A DNA stretch of 38,192 nt from Patescibacteria group bacterium (lineage in GTDB: Bacteria > Patescibacteriota > Gracilibacteria > Peribacterales > Peribacteraceae): assembly GCA_018818235.1 (NCBI GenBank), contig JAHISE010000074.1, positions 1-38,192 on the forward strand. The letters run 5' to 3'. Numbering within the stretch: the stretch's first letter is position 1; each line of letters begins with the position of its first letter. Under the pieces are notes generated by a model. It did no database searches and was not told the DNA's origin. It worked only from the letters and a program-made list of their open reading frames with translations. This document shows positions 17,496 to 25,745 of the stretch, piece by piece. Position numbers and translations under genes: made by a program.

Positions 17496-18251
17496 CTACC
17501 TAACAAACACATCCTCTCTCATCGACTTTATAAGCCCCTCATTGCACACAATCCCATCGTTTAATTTACTTAATTGAGGATTTTCCTGAACCACTTTCAA
17601 AATATCATCCATTACAAAATCTTCGGTATCAAAATGTTCAAAGACCTCCCGAACAAAAGCAAGATCACGGGGTTCATCTACTACCCATCGCAGGTTTGAA
17701 TGATCTTCGTCATTAATAATGTGTCCGATCTTAAATACATCTGGATTCTTGAAGAAATAAGGTGTCACATGCTCGCGCTCCGAACGCAACTTTGCTTCTT
17801 TGTGCGCTTGTTTAAGCGCTTTAATTCCGATTACTTCAACATCTAGTCCATCGGGGTAAGTTCTCTCTACCGCATTACTTACATAATCAAATTCTCCAGA
17901 GCAAAACTTATCAACTGCTTTATCAATAACATCAGGATCAATAAGAGGGCAGTCGGCAGTAATTCTTACAACTGCATCCGCATTATAAGCCAGCGCTGCA
18001 TCATAAAATCTTTTTAGCACATCATCCAGATCTCCTCTGAAACAATTTATGTCACGTGCTTTGCAAAAGACCTCGATCTTATCGTCATCAGGAGAAAGGG
18101 ATGTTGCCAAAATAACATCTTGAATCGTTTTGCTCCGCTTTGTCCTGGATACCACATAGTGCAACATTGGTTTACCTTTGACATCAATCAAAACCTTCTC
18201 CGGTAAACGGGTAGAGGACATACGAGCTTGGATGATGGAGATGATTCTCAT
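17496..18251 (-). CDS. SpsF-type cytidylyltransferase (CTP_transf_3); likely CMP-nonulosonate synthetase of the pathway
   Basis: 'MRIISIIQARMSSTRLPEKVL' is the canonical N-terminus. The track start at 18329 is a GTG reading through repeat DNA ('HRLRLRLEERP'), so I prefer the ATG at 18251. Confidence 0.8.
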   Translation of the reverse strand: MRIISIIQARMSSTRLPEKVLIDVKGKPMLHYVVSRTKRSKTIQDVILATSLSPDDDKIEVFCKARDINCFRGDLDDVLKRFYDAALAYNADAVVRITADCPLIDPDVIDKAVDKFCSGEFDYVSNAVERTYPDGLDVEVIGIKALKQAHKEAKLRSEREHVTPYFFKNPDVFKIGHIINDEDHSNLRWVVDEPRDLAFVREVFEHFDTEDFVMDDILKVVQENPQLSKLNDGIVCNEGLIKSMREDVFVR

Positions 18252-18280
18252 GGGAGGATTTAGTTGATGGTAGTTCTTGA

Positions 18281-18380
18281 GGGTCGCTGGTCGCTCTTCG
18301 AGCCTGAGCCTGAGTCGATGGCTGGTCACTGGTCGCCGGTCAATTGCATCATGACGAGTGACTAGTGACGAGCGACGCTC
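18281..18380. repeat. Intercistronic low-complexity mirror repeat built from GGTCGCT/GGTCACT heptamers and GAGCCT hexamers
   Basis: 'ggtcgctggtcgct' (18282-18295), 'gagcctgagcctgag' (18300-18314) and 'ggctggtcactggtcgccggtca' (18320-18342) face the complementary 'tgacgagtgactagtgacgagcgacg' (18352-18377). The right arm overlaps the last codons of the oxidoreductase gene. Confidence 0.6.
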
Positions 18381-19339
18381 AAATTTACTTCTTTTTTTGC
18401 ATAGATTGCAATCTCCAAGGCTTCCCTCGCCTCCTCCAACGTCCCCGATAGTACTGCAGAATTCGCAATAGCGTCCAGAAAATGTTTCGCTTCTTCCAAA
18501 TACATCTGGTTCATATCATATCCATCCGGTTCATCATAAACTTCAACTGAATCTGATCCGATCAATTCTACTTTCTTACTGTTTATATCCCACTTAATTG
18601 TTCCACTCTCACCTTTGATAATGCAAAAGCGTTTATATTCCTTTTCGATAAAGCTCAGATGAACCTTGCTTACTGCACCTGATGAATGTTGCAGAATTAA
18701 ATCTGCAGAGCCATCTACTTCCGGAAGATCAATAGAAGCTGCAGACTCAATCTCAGAATTCTTAATCTCAGCCGATCCCAAATACCACAAAGCCAGATCA
18801 ATCTCGTGAATACAATCCAGTATCGCTCCCCCACTAAAGGGATCCGCACTATAACTTTGTTTGTAATCCTGCTTTGGCCGCCAGTCTGGAAGATATGAAC
18901 CTGTATAAACTTCTGCACCTATAATTTTTCCAATCCTTCCTTCATCAATAAGTTTTTTTACGATCGAAGGCCCGTGATGGAATCGCATGTTACACCCGAC
19001 GAAAGCTTTAACTCTTTTTGCTTTGGCCAAAGAAATCAAATCGTCCACTCCGGTCAAAGAATGTGACAATGGTTTTTCTATAAATACATTTGCTCCGGAC
19101 TCAACGGCAAGTTTTGCCTGCTGAATATGCAACGAAGAAGGAGAACAAACAAAAACTGCATCGGGCTTTTCCTTCAAGGCTTCTTCTAATGACTCAAATG
19201 CAATGGCGCCTATTTCCTGAGCAAGTGCATTCATTCGATTTTCATCAGGATCAGTGATTACCAAATCTACTCCTAGTGTTTTTAGATTTCTTGCATGACG
19301 TGATCCGATAGAGCCGGCACCTGATACGAGTATTCTCAT
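18362..19339 (-). CDS. Gfo/Idh/MocA family NAD(P)-dependent oxidoreductase
   Basis: 'MRILVSGAGSIGSRHARNL' Rossmann motif and the family 'FIEKPLS' motif. Confidence 0.85.
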   Translation of the reverse strand: MRILVSGAGSIGSRHARNLKTLGVDLVITDPDENRMNALAQEIGAIAFESLEEALKEKPDAVFVCSPSSLHIQQAKLAVESGANVFIEKPLSHSLTGVDDLISLAKAKRVKAFVGCNMRFHHGPSIVKKLIDEGRIGKIIGAEVYTGSYLPDWRPKQDYKQSYSADPFSGGAILDCIHEIDLALWYLGSAEIKNSEIESAASIDLPEVDGSADLILQHSSGAVSKVHLSFIEKEYKRFCIIKGESGTIKWDINSKKVELIGSDSVEVYDEPDGYDMNQMYLEEAKHFLDAIANSAVLSGTLEEAREALEIAIYAKKEVNLSVARH

Positions 19340-19370
19340 AGTTAGTTATAGTAGTTTGATTCTACTTAGA

Positions 19371-19456
19371 GCAGTTGGCAATTTGCTTGTTGGCTTGTTG
19401 GCTACCATTGGCTGCCACACATAGCCAATTAACCAACTGCCAATATGCCAATAGCC
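19371..19456. repeat. Intercistronic low-complexity mirror repeat built from TTGGC / GCCAA units
   Basis: The left arm 'gcagttggcaatttgcttgttggcttgttggctaccattggctgcc' has 4 x TTGGC. The right arm 'atagccaattaaccaactgccaatatgccaatagcc' has 3 x GCCAA. The inner stem is attggct/agccaat. The element fills the pseC-oxidoreductase spacer. Confidence 0.6.
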
Positions 19457-19458
19457 TG

Positions 19459-20673
19459 TCATTTTGAATAATAATTAATAACTTTTTCAATCCCTTCAAT
19501 AACATCCTCCACATCCTCATCCTTCATAGAAGCAAACATTGGAAGCGAAAGAATCCTTTCATAAGATTGCTCTGCAATGGGACACAAACCTTCCCCTGTT
19601 CCAAATTCTCTTTTATAAAACTCCTGCATATGAACCGGAATATAATGAACATTTACTCCAATATTCTCAGCTCGCAGAGCCTTGAAGATTTCACCACGGT
19701 CAACTGACAACTTATCAAGTTCAAGCTGAATGACATACAAGTGATACGCATGTGTTACATCATCACGAAGCCCAAGAGGAGTAACCGAATCCATTTGTGC
19801 AAAAGTCTGATTATATTTTTTCGCAATTTCCCGTCGCCTATTAGTCCAATCATTAACTTTTTTTAACTGACTTAATCCAAGTGCACAATGAATATCCGAA
19901 AGTCGATAATTGTATCCAAGATCTTCCATCCCATAATGCCATGCGCCTTTTTCCTGCCGTTCACGATGATCTGAAGTTAAGCAGTGATTTCTTAACCTGC
20001 GCATTTTCTCCGCTGACTCGTAACTTTCGCAAGTAATCATTCCGCCCTCCCCCGTTGCAATTGGTTTAACAGGATGGAAACTGAATGTATTTAAATCCGC
20101 AAGAGTTCCAACCGCTCTTCCTTTGTAATTTGCACCAAGCGCATGACAGGCGTCCGAAACCAACGTAATCTTGTGACGATCTGCAATTTCTCTGAGCTCA
20201 TCATACTCACAAGGTTGACCTGCGTAATCGACTGCAACAATTGCTTTTGTTTTATCTGTAATCTTCTCTTCAACTTTCACCGGATCAATTAGCAAAGTCT
20301 GAGGATCGCAATCACAAAACACCGGAGTTCCTTTCTGAAACACAACCGCATTCGCAGTTGCCGCAAAAGTCATTGTCGGAACAATCACCTCATCACCTTC
20401 GACAATCCCCAAGGCAAACATACTTGAATGTAATGCCGCAGTCCCACTGTTAACTGCCACTGCTTCCTTTGCCCCAACAAATGATGCAAATGCTTTTTCG
20501 AATTCCTCTACCTTTGGGCCTGTTGTAAGCCAATCTGACCTGAGTACCTTATTCACTTCCTCAATATCTTCCTCACTTAAAAACTGCCTCGCATATGGAA
20601 GTAATGTGGATCTAATAGGCATACCACCTTCTATTGCCAATTTCTCTGATTGCTCAACAAGCTGAGAATTCAT
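19459..20673 (-). CDS. pseC: UDP-4-amino-4,6-dideoxy-N-acetyl-beta-L-altrosamine transaminase (DegT/DnrJ/EryC1 family, PseC)
   Basis: 'SDACHALGA' and 'FSFHPVKPIATGEGGM' (PLP-Lys). The N-terminus 'YARQFLSEEDIEEVNKVLRSDWLTTGP' is typical of PseC. Confidence 0.9.
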   Translation of the reverse strand: MNSQLVEQSEKLAIEGGMPIRSTLLPYARQFLSEEDIEEVNKVLRSDWLTTGPKVEEFEKAFASFVGAKEAVAVNSGTAALHSSMFALGIVEGDEVIVPTMTFAATANAVVFQKGTPVFCDCDPQTLLIDPVKVEEKITDKTKAIVAVDYAGQPCEYDELREIADRHKITLVSDACHALGANYKGRAVGTLADLNTFSFHPVKPIATGEGGMITCESYESAEKMRRLRNHCLTSDHRERQEKGAWHYGMEDLGYNYRLSDIHCALGLSQLKKVNDWTNRRREIAKKYNQTFAQMDSVTPLGLRDDVTHAYHLYVIQLELDKLSVDRGEIFKALRAENIGVNVHYIPVHMQEFYKREFGTGEGLCPIAEQSYERILSLPMFASMKDEDVEDVIEGIEKVINYYSK

Positions 20674-20731
20674 GCACCTACAATACCAAAGAAGTAGATA
20701 TAGGGTAGTAGAAAGTGGAGATTATAGAGAA

Positions 20732-21739
20732 TTATTCATCGCCTGAACCTTCTCCTTCTTGCTCTTCATCTCTTTTCCTTAGAGCCTCCATAATTTCTTC
20801 ATTAGGTGCTCTTCCTGCAACTCCTGTGAAATCTTCAACTGTAATCCATCCATCTACGAAGAACTCAGGTTTCTCGATCTGTTCAAGAATGCCTGCGTGT
20901 TCATCTCTAGTTCCAAGATTTGCTTCCCAAGCAACCCATGCCAAATGATAGTTGCAGTTTAGAATACCACGCATGATATCCCTCTCATCTTTTTGATGTG
21001 CTTCACTTTCCAACATCTGCTCAAAATGAGTCTTAGCTCCAGCAATATCAAATCTGGCATCCCCTGCAGGATTATCCTGTGCCAACCACCAATAACTTTC
21101 TTCTTGGATTCTAAGCCCTTTTACCGGTTCACCTGCTCTTATCGCATCTTTTCCACTGTTATGCAGATATGTAGCACCTGCTTCGGTGTCTCCTTTTATT
21201 CTGAAAGCCTGTGCCAATTCGTATCCCGCAGAAGATCTTAATGAAAGTTTGTCTGCAAACTCTTCTATCATCATTGGCTTAAACTTTTTAATCGCTGCAT
21301 CCGGCATTCCATGTCTCCTTAAAAATTCGCCAATCTGCACACTGCACGCCAAAGCAAAATTTTCGTTCTCGCTTTTTTCTCCCCTCTTAATCAAATCCCA
21401 ATAAAAAGCTTGCCTGGACTCATCGGTTGTATATTGAAAATCGTGAAGATCACTTAGAATAATAGGAATATCTACTGCTTCCAAAGACGCAATTAAGCCA
21501 TTCAATGCTTCTTTTGCCCCCTCTGTATCATCAGTAGACTTTTTTTTATAATTATCTGCAACAACTCCCACTGTCTTTAAGTGCATTTGTTCTACTTGAC
21601 GGCTTAGACCAAGTATAACTCTTCTATATTGAGCCCCAAAATCCTGCACATTATAAAAAACCCATTTAGAATTTTTATTACTTAACCTTTGTAAAAAAGA
21701 CTCAATGTCTCTCGGAAAATCAATCTGTTGTTCTGACAT
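20732..21739 (-). CDS. Hypothetical acidic cytoplasmic protein (no recognisable domain)
   Basis: 335-aa ORF with an ATG start. It is the first gene of the minus-strand pse operon, divergent from an amidotransferase gene. It has an acidic tail 'RKRDEEQEGEGSGDE'. Confidence 0.6.
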   Translation of the reverse strand: MSEQQIDFPRDIESFLQRLSNKNSKWVFYNVQDFGAQYRRVILGLSRQVEQMHLKTVGVVADNYKKKSTDDTEGAKEALNGLIASLEAVDIPIILSDLHDFQYTTDESRQAFYWDLIKRGEKSENENFALACSVQIGEFLRRHGMPDAAIKKFKPMMIEEFADKLSLRSSAGYELAQAFRIKGDTEAGATYLHNSGKDAIRAGEPVKGLRIQEESYWWLAQDNPAGDARFDIAGAKTHFEQMLESEAHQKDERDIMRGILNCNYHLAWVAWEANLGTRDEHAGILEQIEKPEFFVDGWITVEDFTGVAGRAPNEEIMEALRKRDEEQEGEGSGDE

Positions 21740-21828
21740 AACAATAATAAGAATTAAATAAGTATAGGATTATAGTGTTTCAAGCTAGTATGTCAACCAA
21801 GCTCAACATCTTTTATTTCCATATTGTC

Positions 21829-21857
21829 TTGCATAAATATCGCTTCTGCTTTATAAA
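21829..21857 (+). promoter_or_regulatory. Candidate sigma70-type promoter (TTGCAT-17 nt-TATAAA) for the 21867 amidotransferase gene
   Basis: TTGCAT at 21829-21834, a 17-nt spacer, and TATAAA at 21852-21857. The ATG is only 9 nt downstream, which implies a very short or absent leader. This is a pattern match only. Confidence 0.25.
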
Positions 21858-21866
21858 ATCTTCACT

Positions 21867-23084
21867 ATGCCTAATAAAAACTGGATCAAATACTGTACCA
21901 AGTGCCTTATACCAGCCACCCGACCCGGCCAAACTTACGATGAAAAAGGGGTCTGTAATGCATGCAAAGAATTTGAATTCCGAAAGCAAGTCGACTGGGA
22001 AGCGCGTGACAGGGAACTTGACACTTTGCTTAACCAATACCGAAGAACAGACGGATATTACGACTGTATTGTCCCTGTAAGCGGAGGAAAGGACAGTACA
22101 TGTCAGGTAATAAAAATGTTGGAAAAGGGAATGCATCCGCTTTGTGTTTATGCAGCAGTAGATAAACCATCTGACATTGGGAAAAGGAACTTGGAAAATA
22201 TGCGACAACTCGGAGTTGATCTGGTTGAAGTAAGTACAAATCCAATTGCCAGAAATAAGATGGATAAAATCAGCCTTATGGAAATTGGTGATATTTCTTG
22301 GGCTGAGAATGTTGCTATATTCACAATCCCCGTTCGTATCGCAGTTCAAATGAAAATTCCTCTGCTTATTTGGGGAGAAAACCCACAAAATGAATTCGGA
22401 GGTCCAAAGGAGGCCACACATAATCATATTTTAGATAAAAGATGGCTGGAAGAATTCGGAGGACTTTTGGGGTTCGAGAATCATCATGTTGTCGGAAGGG
22501 AAGGAATTACCGAAAAAGATATGGTTCAGTTCAATTATCCTTCAGATGAAGAATTGAAAGTGGCAGGAGTTAAAGGAGTATTCCTTGGCTACTTTGTACC
22601 ATGGGACGGATACGCTCATGCGCTTCTGGCACAAGGATATGGTTTTGAAATGTGGCCAAAAAGTAACGAAGGAGCACTGGCAAACTACGAACATATGGAT
22701 AATCTTCATGCGGGGATACACGATTACTTTAAATTTATTAAGCTCGGATTCGGTCGTGCAACCGATCACGCTTCTTTGCATATTCGACGTGGAAGATTAA
22801 GCCGTAAGCATGGATTGGAAATTGTTAAGAGAAATGATGGTAAGTTCCCATGGACATATCTGGAAACCACACTTGAAGAAATTCTTGATGACATTGATAT
22901 GAGTTTTGAGGAATTTATGCAGACATGCGACAAGTTTACAAACAAGGATTTGTTCCTCACAGACGAAAACGGAGAATTGATAAGAGATAAGGGCTTTAAT
23001 CTTACGAAAATCAACTACGATAATGTAGATGAAGCACTTATGGAAGCAGTGGATAAACAAGAAGTAATGTCTGTTAATTATTAA
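21867..23084 (+). CDS. N-acetyl sugar amidotransferase, PP-loop ATPase (WbuX/WbpG/PseA type), paralog 1
   Basis: Zn-ribbon 'CTKCLIPATRP...GVCNAC', PP-loop 'PVSGGKDSTC', and 'IPLLIWGENPQNEFGG'. Confidence 0.85.
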   Translation: MPNKNWIKYCTKCLIPATRPGQTYDEKGVCNACKEFEFRKQVDWEARDRELDTLLNQYRRTDGYYDCIVPVSGGKDSTCQVIKMLEKGMHPLCVYAAVDKPSDIGKRNLENMRQLGVDLVEVSTNPIARNKMDKISLMEIGDISWAENVAIFTIPVRIAVQMKIPLLIWGENPQNEFGGPKEATHNHILDKRWLEEFGGLLGFENHHVVGREGITEKDMVQFNYPSDEELKVAGVKGVFLGYFVPWDGYAHALLAQGYGFEMWPKSNEGALANYEHMDNLHAGIHDYFKFIKLGFGRATDHASLHIRRGRLSRKHGLEIVKRNDGKFPWTYLETTLEEILDDIDMSFEEFMQTCDKFTNKDLFLTDENGELIRDKGFNLTKINYDNVDEALMEAVDKQEVMSVNY

Positions 23085-23839
23085 GCCCTTACATTAACTC
23101 CCCGATCCACCAGATATTTTCGCGTCTTTATGGGACTTTGATCTGTGAAATGAAAAATACTTGCGGCGCTAACTGCGGAAGCTCCCGCTTCTTCCATACC
23201 AAGCCTGAAGTCATCCAAAGTACCCACACCACCTGCCGTTATTACCGGAATATTAATTGCATCCACAACGGATTTTGTTAATTCAAGATCCAAACCCTTC
23301 ATTGTGCCATCCCTGTCAATCGACATAAGGAATATTTCCCCGGCACCTTTATTTGCAACCTCTTTAGCCCAAATAACCGGATCCTTGCCGGTTGCTTTTG
23401 TACCACCATGTGTAAACACTTCATAAGATCCGTCATCATGTTTAATATAATCAATTGACACAACTATCGTGGAGCATCCGAATTTTTCCGCCGCTTCTTT
23501 TATTAGCCCTTCAACCTCAATAGCGGCAGTATTGATGGCAATCTTGTCCGCCCCATCGCGCAACAGAGATTGAATATCTTCGATGGATCTTATCCCTCCC
23601 CCGATACAAAGTGGCATAAAACATTCCTCCGCCATTTGGGTCGCAATATCAAAAAGTATTTTGCGCCCTTCTTTGCTTGCGGAAATATCCAGCACAACAA
23701 GCTCATCTGCTCTCTGTGCATCATAAATCCGAGCAGCTGTAATCGGATGACCTGTATCCCTGTAATTTCCAAATTGAACCGACTTGACCATGCGGCCGTC
23801 TTTTAATAGTAACGATGGAATGATACGTTTTTTGAGCAT
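23081..23839 (-). CDS. hisF: Imidazole glycerol phosphate synthase cyclase subunit homolog (HisF-like; WbuZ-type partner of sugar amidotransferases)
   Basis: 'KRIIPSLLLKDGRMVKSVQF', 'GADKIAINTAA', 'ITAGGVGTLDD'. It sits in a glycan cluster next to a HisH homolog and WbuX-type genes. Confidence 0.9.
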   Translation of the reverse strand: MLKKRIIPSLLLKDGRMVKSVQFGNYRDTGHPITAARIYDAQRADELVVLDISASKEGRKILFDIATQMAEECFMPLCIGGGIRSIEDIQSLLRDGADKIAINTAAIEVEGLIKEAAEKFGCSTIVVSIDYIKHDDGSYEVFTHGGTKATGKDPVIWAKEVANKGAGEIFLMSIDRDGTMKGLDLELTKSVVDAINIPVITAGGVGTLDDFRLGMEEAGASAVSAASIFHFTDQSPIKTRKYLVDRGVNVRA

Positions 23840-23845
23840 ATAAAA

Positions 23846-24466
23846 TTAAGGATTCCATTCAATAAAATTTGCCAGCATCTTTAGTCCTTTCTGCTGACTT
23901 TTTTCCGGGTGGAACTGGGTTGCAAAAATATTCTCTTTAGATATACAAGCTGTAAATGGTACTCCATAGTCGCATGTTCCAAGGGGTAGAACCAAATCAT
24001 TAGGATTCACGTAGTAGCTATGCACAAAATAAAAATCTTCCTGATTTTTTAATCCGGATGTAATCGGATGGTTCCGAACGAAGTTCACCGTGTTCCATCC
24101 CATATGAGGAACTTTAAGCTTTTTCTCTGAGGGAAAATTAAATTTTCTAACATTTGCATCTATCCAATTCAAACCCTTGTGTGATCCGAATTCTTCGCTT
24201 TCCTTTGCAAGTAACTGCATCCCCAAACAAATACCCCAGAAAGGCTTCTTCTTTTTTAAAACTTCATCTTTCAGCAACTCAATCAATTTAAATTTTTTGA
24301 GGTTTTGCATACCGTCCCCAAAAGCTCCAACTCCCGGCAATATTATCCTATCGGCATTTTGAATTTCTTCGTGATTATTGGTTACAACCGTATCACCTCC
24401 AACACATTCCAATGCTTTTGCAATGGAACGAAGATTGCCAAGACCATAATCAACAATTGCAATCAT
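23846..24466 (-). CDS. hisH: Class I glutamine amidotransferase, HisH-like (WbuY-type)
   Basis: 'IAIVDYGLGNLRS', nucleophile 'GICLGMQLL', and 'FHPEKS'. The track start at 24487 is TTG, so I prefer the ATG at 24466. Confidence 0.9.
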   Translation of the reverse strand: MIAIVDYGLGNLRSIAKALECVGGDTVVTNNHEEIQNADRIILPGVGAFGDGMQNLKKFKLIELLKDEVLKKKKPFWGICLGMQLLAKESEEFGSHKGLNWIDANVRKFNFPSEKKLKVPHMGWNTVNFVRNHPITSGLKNQEDFYFVHSYYVNPNDLVLPLGTCDYGVPFTACISKENIFATQFHPEKSQQKGLKMLANFIEWNP

Positions 24467-24527
24467 AAATTTTGAAATCGGAATCAATGATACGGCTTAA
24501 TGCCTGAAAAGCCAGTAATCACAAAAA

Positions 24528-25739
24528 CTAATCCGTAATCCAATCTTTCTGATCAGGAAGCTGCTTTCCTCTTATAATACTCGAAGGATCATGTTTCCAC
24601 GGCGCAACTGTATGCCTAATCGCTATTTGATAGAATTCTTCCTCGGAAATTTTCAGCCAGTTTAAAAGCACATCCAGACTGGCGGGACGCAGACCTTCCC
24701 ATTCCTTTATCAATTCCATACCCCTCTCGCGAGTAAACCGACCGTTACGAATATCTATGGATGCCAAATGGCTCATTCTTCCCCATCCACGTTTAATAAA
24801 TTTAAGATAATCCTGTACACCTTGCATCATATCTTCTATTTTCTCGTAATCGTACTCGGGAGGAACACCTTCAACTCGATCTCCTTCCCAATCAATTTCA
24901 CGCTTAATTATCTCTACATGCCTTTTAACATCCCATGGAACAAAGCTTCCAAGACAAATCGATCTGCATTTAATGAACGCGAGTTCTTTGCGACTAGGAT
25001 AAATATAAGGCGCCATATCGCGCATTGTAACCGGATTATCGTCATCTGCTGTCGGAGATCCCGGCTCGTTAAGCATGCCAAACATGTCCTGAGCTGTTAT
25101 TCCCAGATTAACAAACATATTAAATCTGCGCTCATCAACTTCCTCAACGTCATCATAATCATAATAACTGGTGTACTCGGCGGAAGGCTCCCCCCATATT
25201 ACAAGAGGAATATTGTGCTTCACGGCAATCTGCATCGGATAAGCAAATATTCCGTTGTGCTGATACCAAAGAATATCTCCCTTTCGCTCCAACGAAATTC
25301 TCATTAACTTTTTAACCAAATTCCAGTCCGGCCTGTAGCCCAGATAATCGCAACCAAGTTTTCTAAGCAGCCTCTCTCGGTTCTCCACGACTTTAGGACG
25401 CAATAAATTGTGATCAAAACTGACTATGAGAGGTTTAAGCCCCCAGTCTTTGACTAAAGAATAAACCGTATAAGATGAATCTTTGCCCCCGCTGAACGGA
25501 ACAATACAATCGTATTCATGTTGACCGCGATACTGATCAAGCAGCTCTTCGAAATCTTTTTTCTTTTTGTCCCAATCTACATTTTGTTGTTTGAACTCAA
25601 TATTTTGGCATGTGGCACACACACCTTCATTATTAAATGATATTACCTCTTGCGTTTCCGGCATAACACAACGCGAACAGCGTTTGAGCTCCATAGGATC
25701 AGATATTGTTCTCTCTTTTTCAGTGACGGATGTTAACAT
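24528..25739 (-). CDS. N-acetyl sugar amidotransferase, PP-loop ATPase (WbuX/PseA type), paralog 2
   Basis: 'CSRCVMPETQ...GVCATC', 'PFSGGKDSSY', 'IPLVIWGEPSAEY'. Confidence 0.85.
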   Translation of the reverse strand: MLTSVTEKERTISDPMELKRCSRCVMPETQEVISFNNEGVCATCQNIEFKQQNVDWDKKKKDFEELLDQYRGQHEYDCIVPFSGGKDSSYTVYSLVKDWGLKPLIVSFDHNLLRPKVVENRERLLRKLGCDYLGYRPDWNLVKKLMRISLERKGDILWYQHNGIFAYPMQIAVKHNIPLVIWGEPSAEYTSYYDYDDVEEVDERRFNMFVNLGITAQDMFGMLNEPGSPTADDDNPVTMRDMAPYIYPSRKELAFIKCRSICLGSFVPWDVKRHVEIIKREIDWEGDRVEGVPPEYDYEKIEDMMQGVQDYLKFIKRGWGRMSHLASIDIRNGRFTRERGMELIKEWEGLRPASLDVLLNWLKISEEEFYQIAIRHTVAPWKHDPSSIIRGKQLPDQKDWITD

Positions 25740-25745
25740 TATATT

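Noticed and set aside
18252-18329. N-terminal extensions from the ORF track (18329 GTG, 2282 TTG, 13539 TTG, 24487 TTG, 26396 TTG, 34702 TTG, 9938 TTG)
   Set aside because: All use non-ATG codons and add non-conserved, low-complexity or repeat-derived residues ahead of the canonical family N-terminus. An in-frame ATG at a position that abuts or couples with the upstream gene is available in each case.
23081-24487. hisH/hisF as histidine biosynthesis genes
   Set aside because: No other his genes are nearby. The pair is flanked by WbuX/PseA-type sugar amidotransferases inside a glycan locus, which is the known WbuY/WbuZ-type context. They most likely supply ammonia for sugar amidination rather than IGP synthesis.
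24768-25307. Long antisense ORFs inside well-supported genes (24768-25307 +, 21813-22427 -, 6650-7051 -, 7048-7401 -, 4212-4655 +, 1153-1374 +)
   Set aside because: Each lies entirely within, and opposite to, a gene with strong family motifs. Their translations are low-complexity (I/F/L/S/N-rich) with no motifs. These are typical shadow ORFs in AT-rich DNA.
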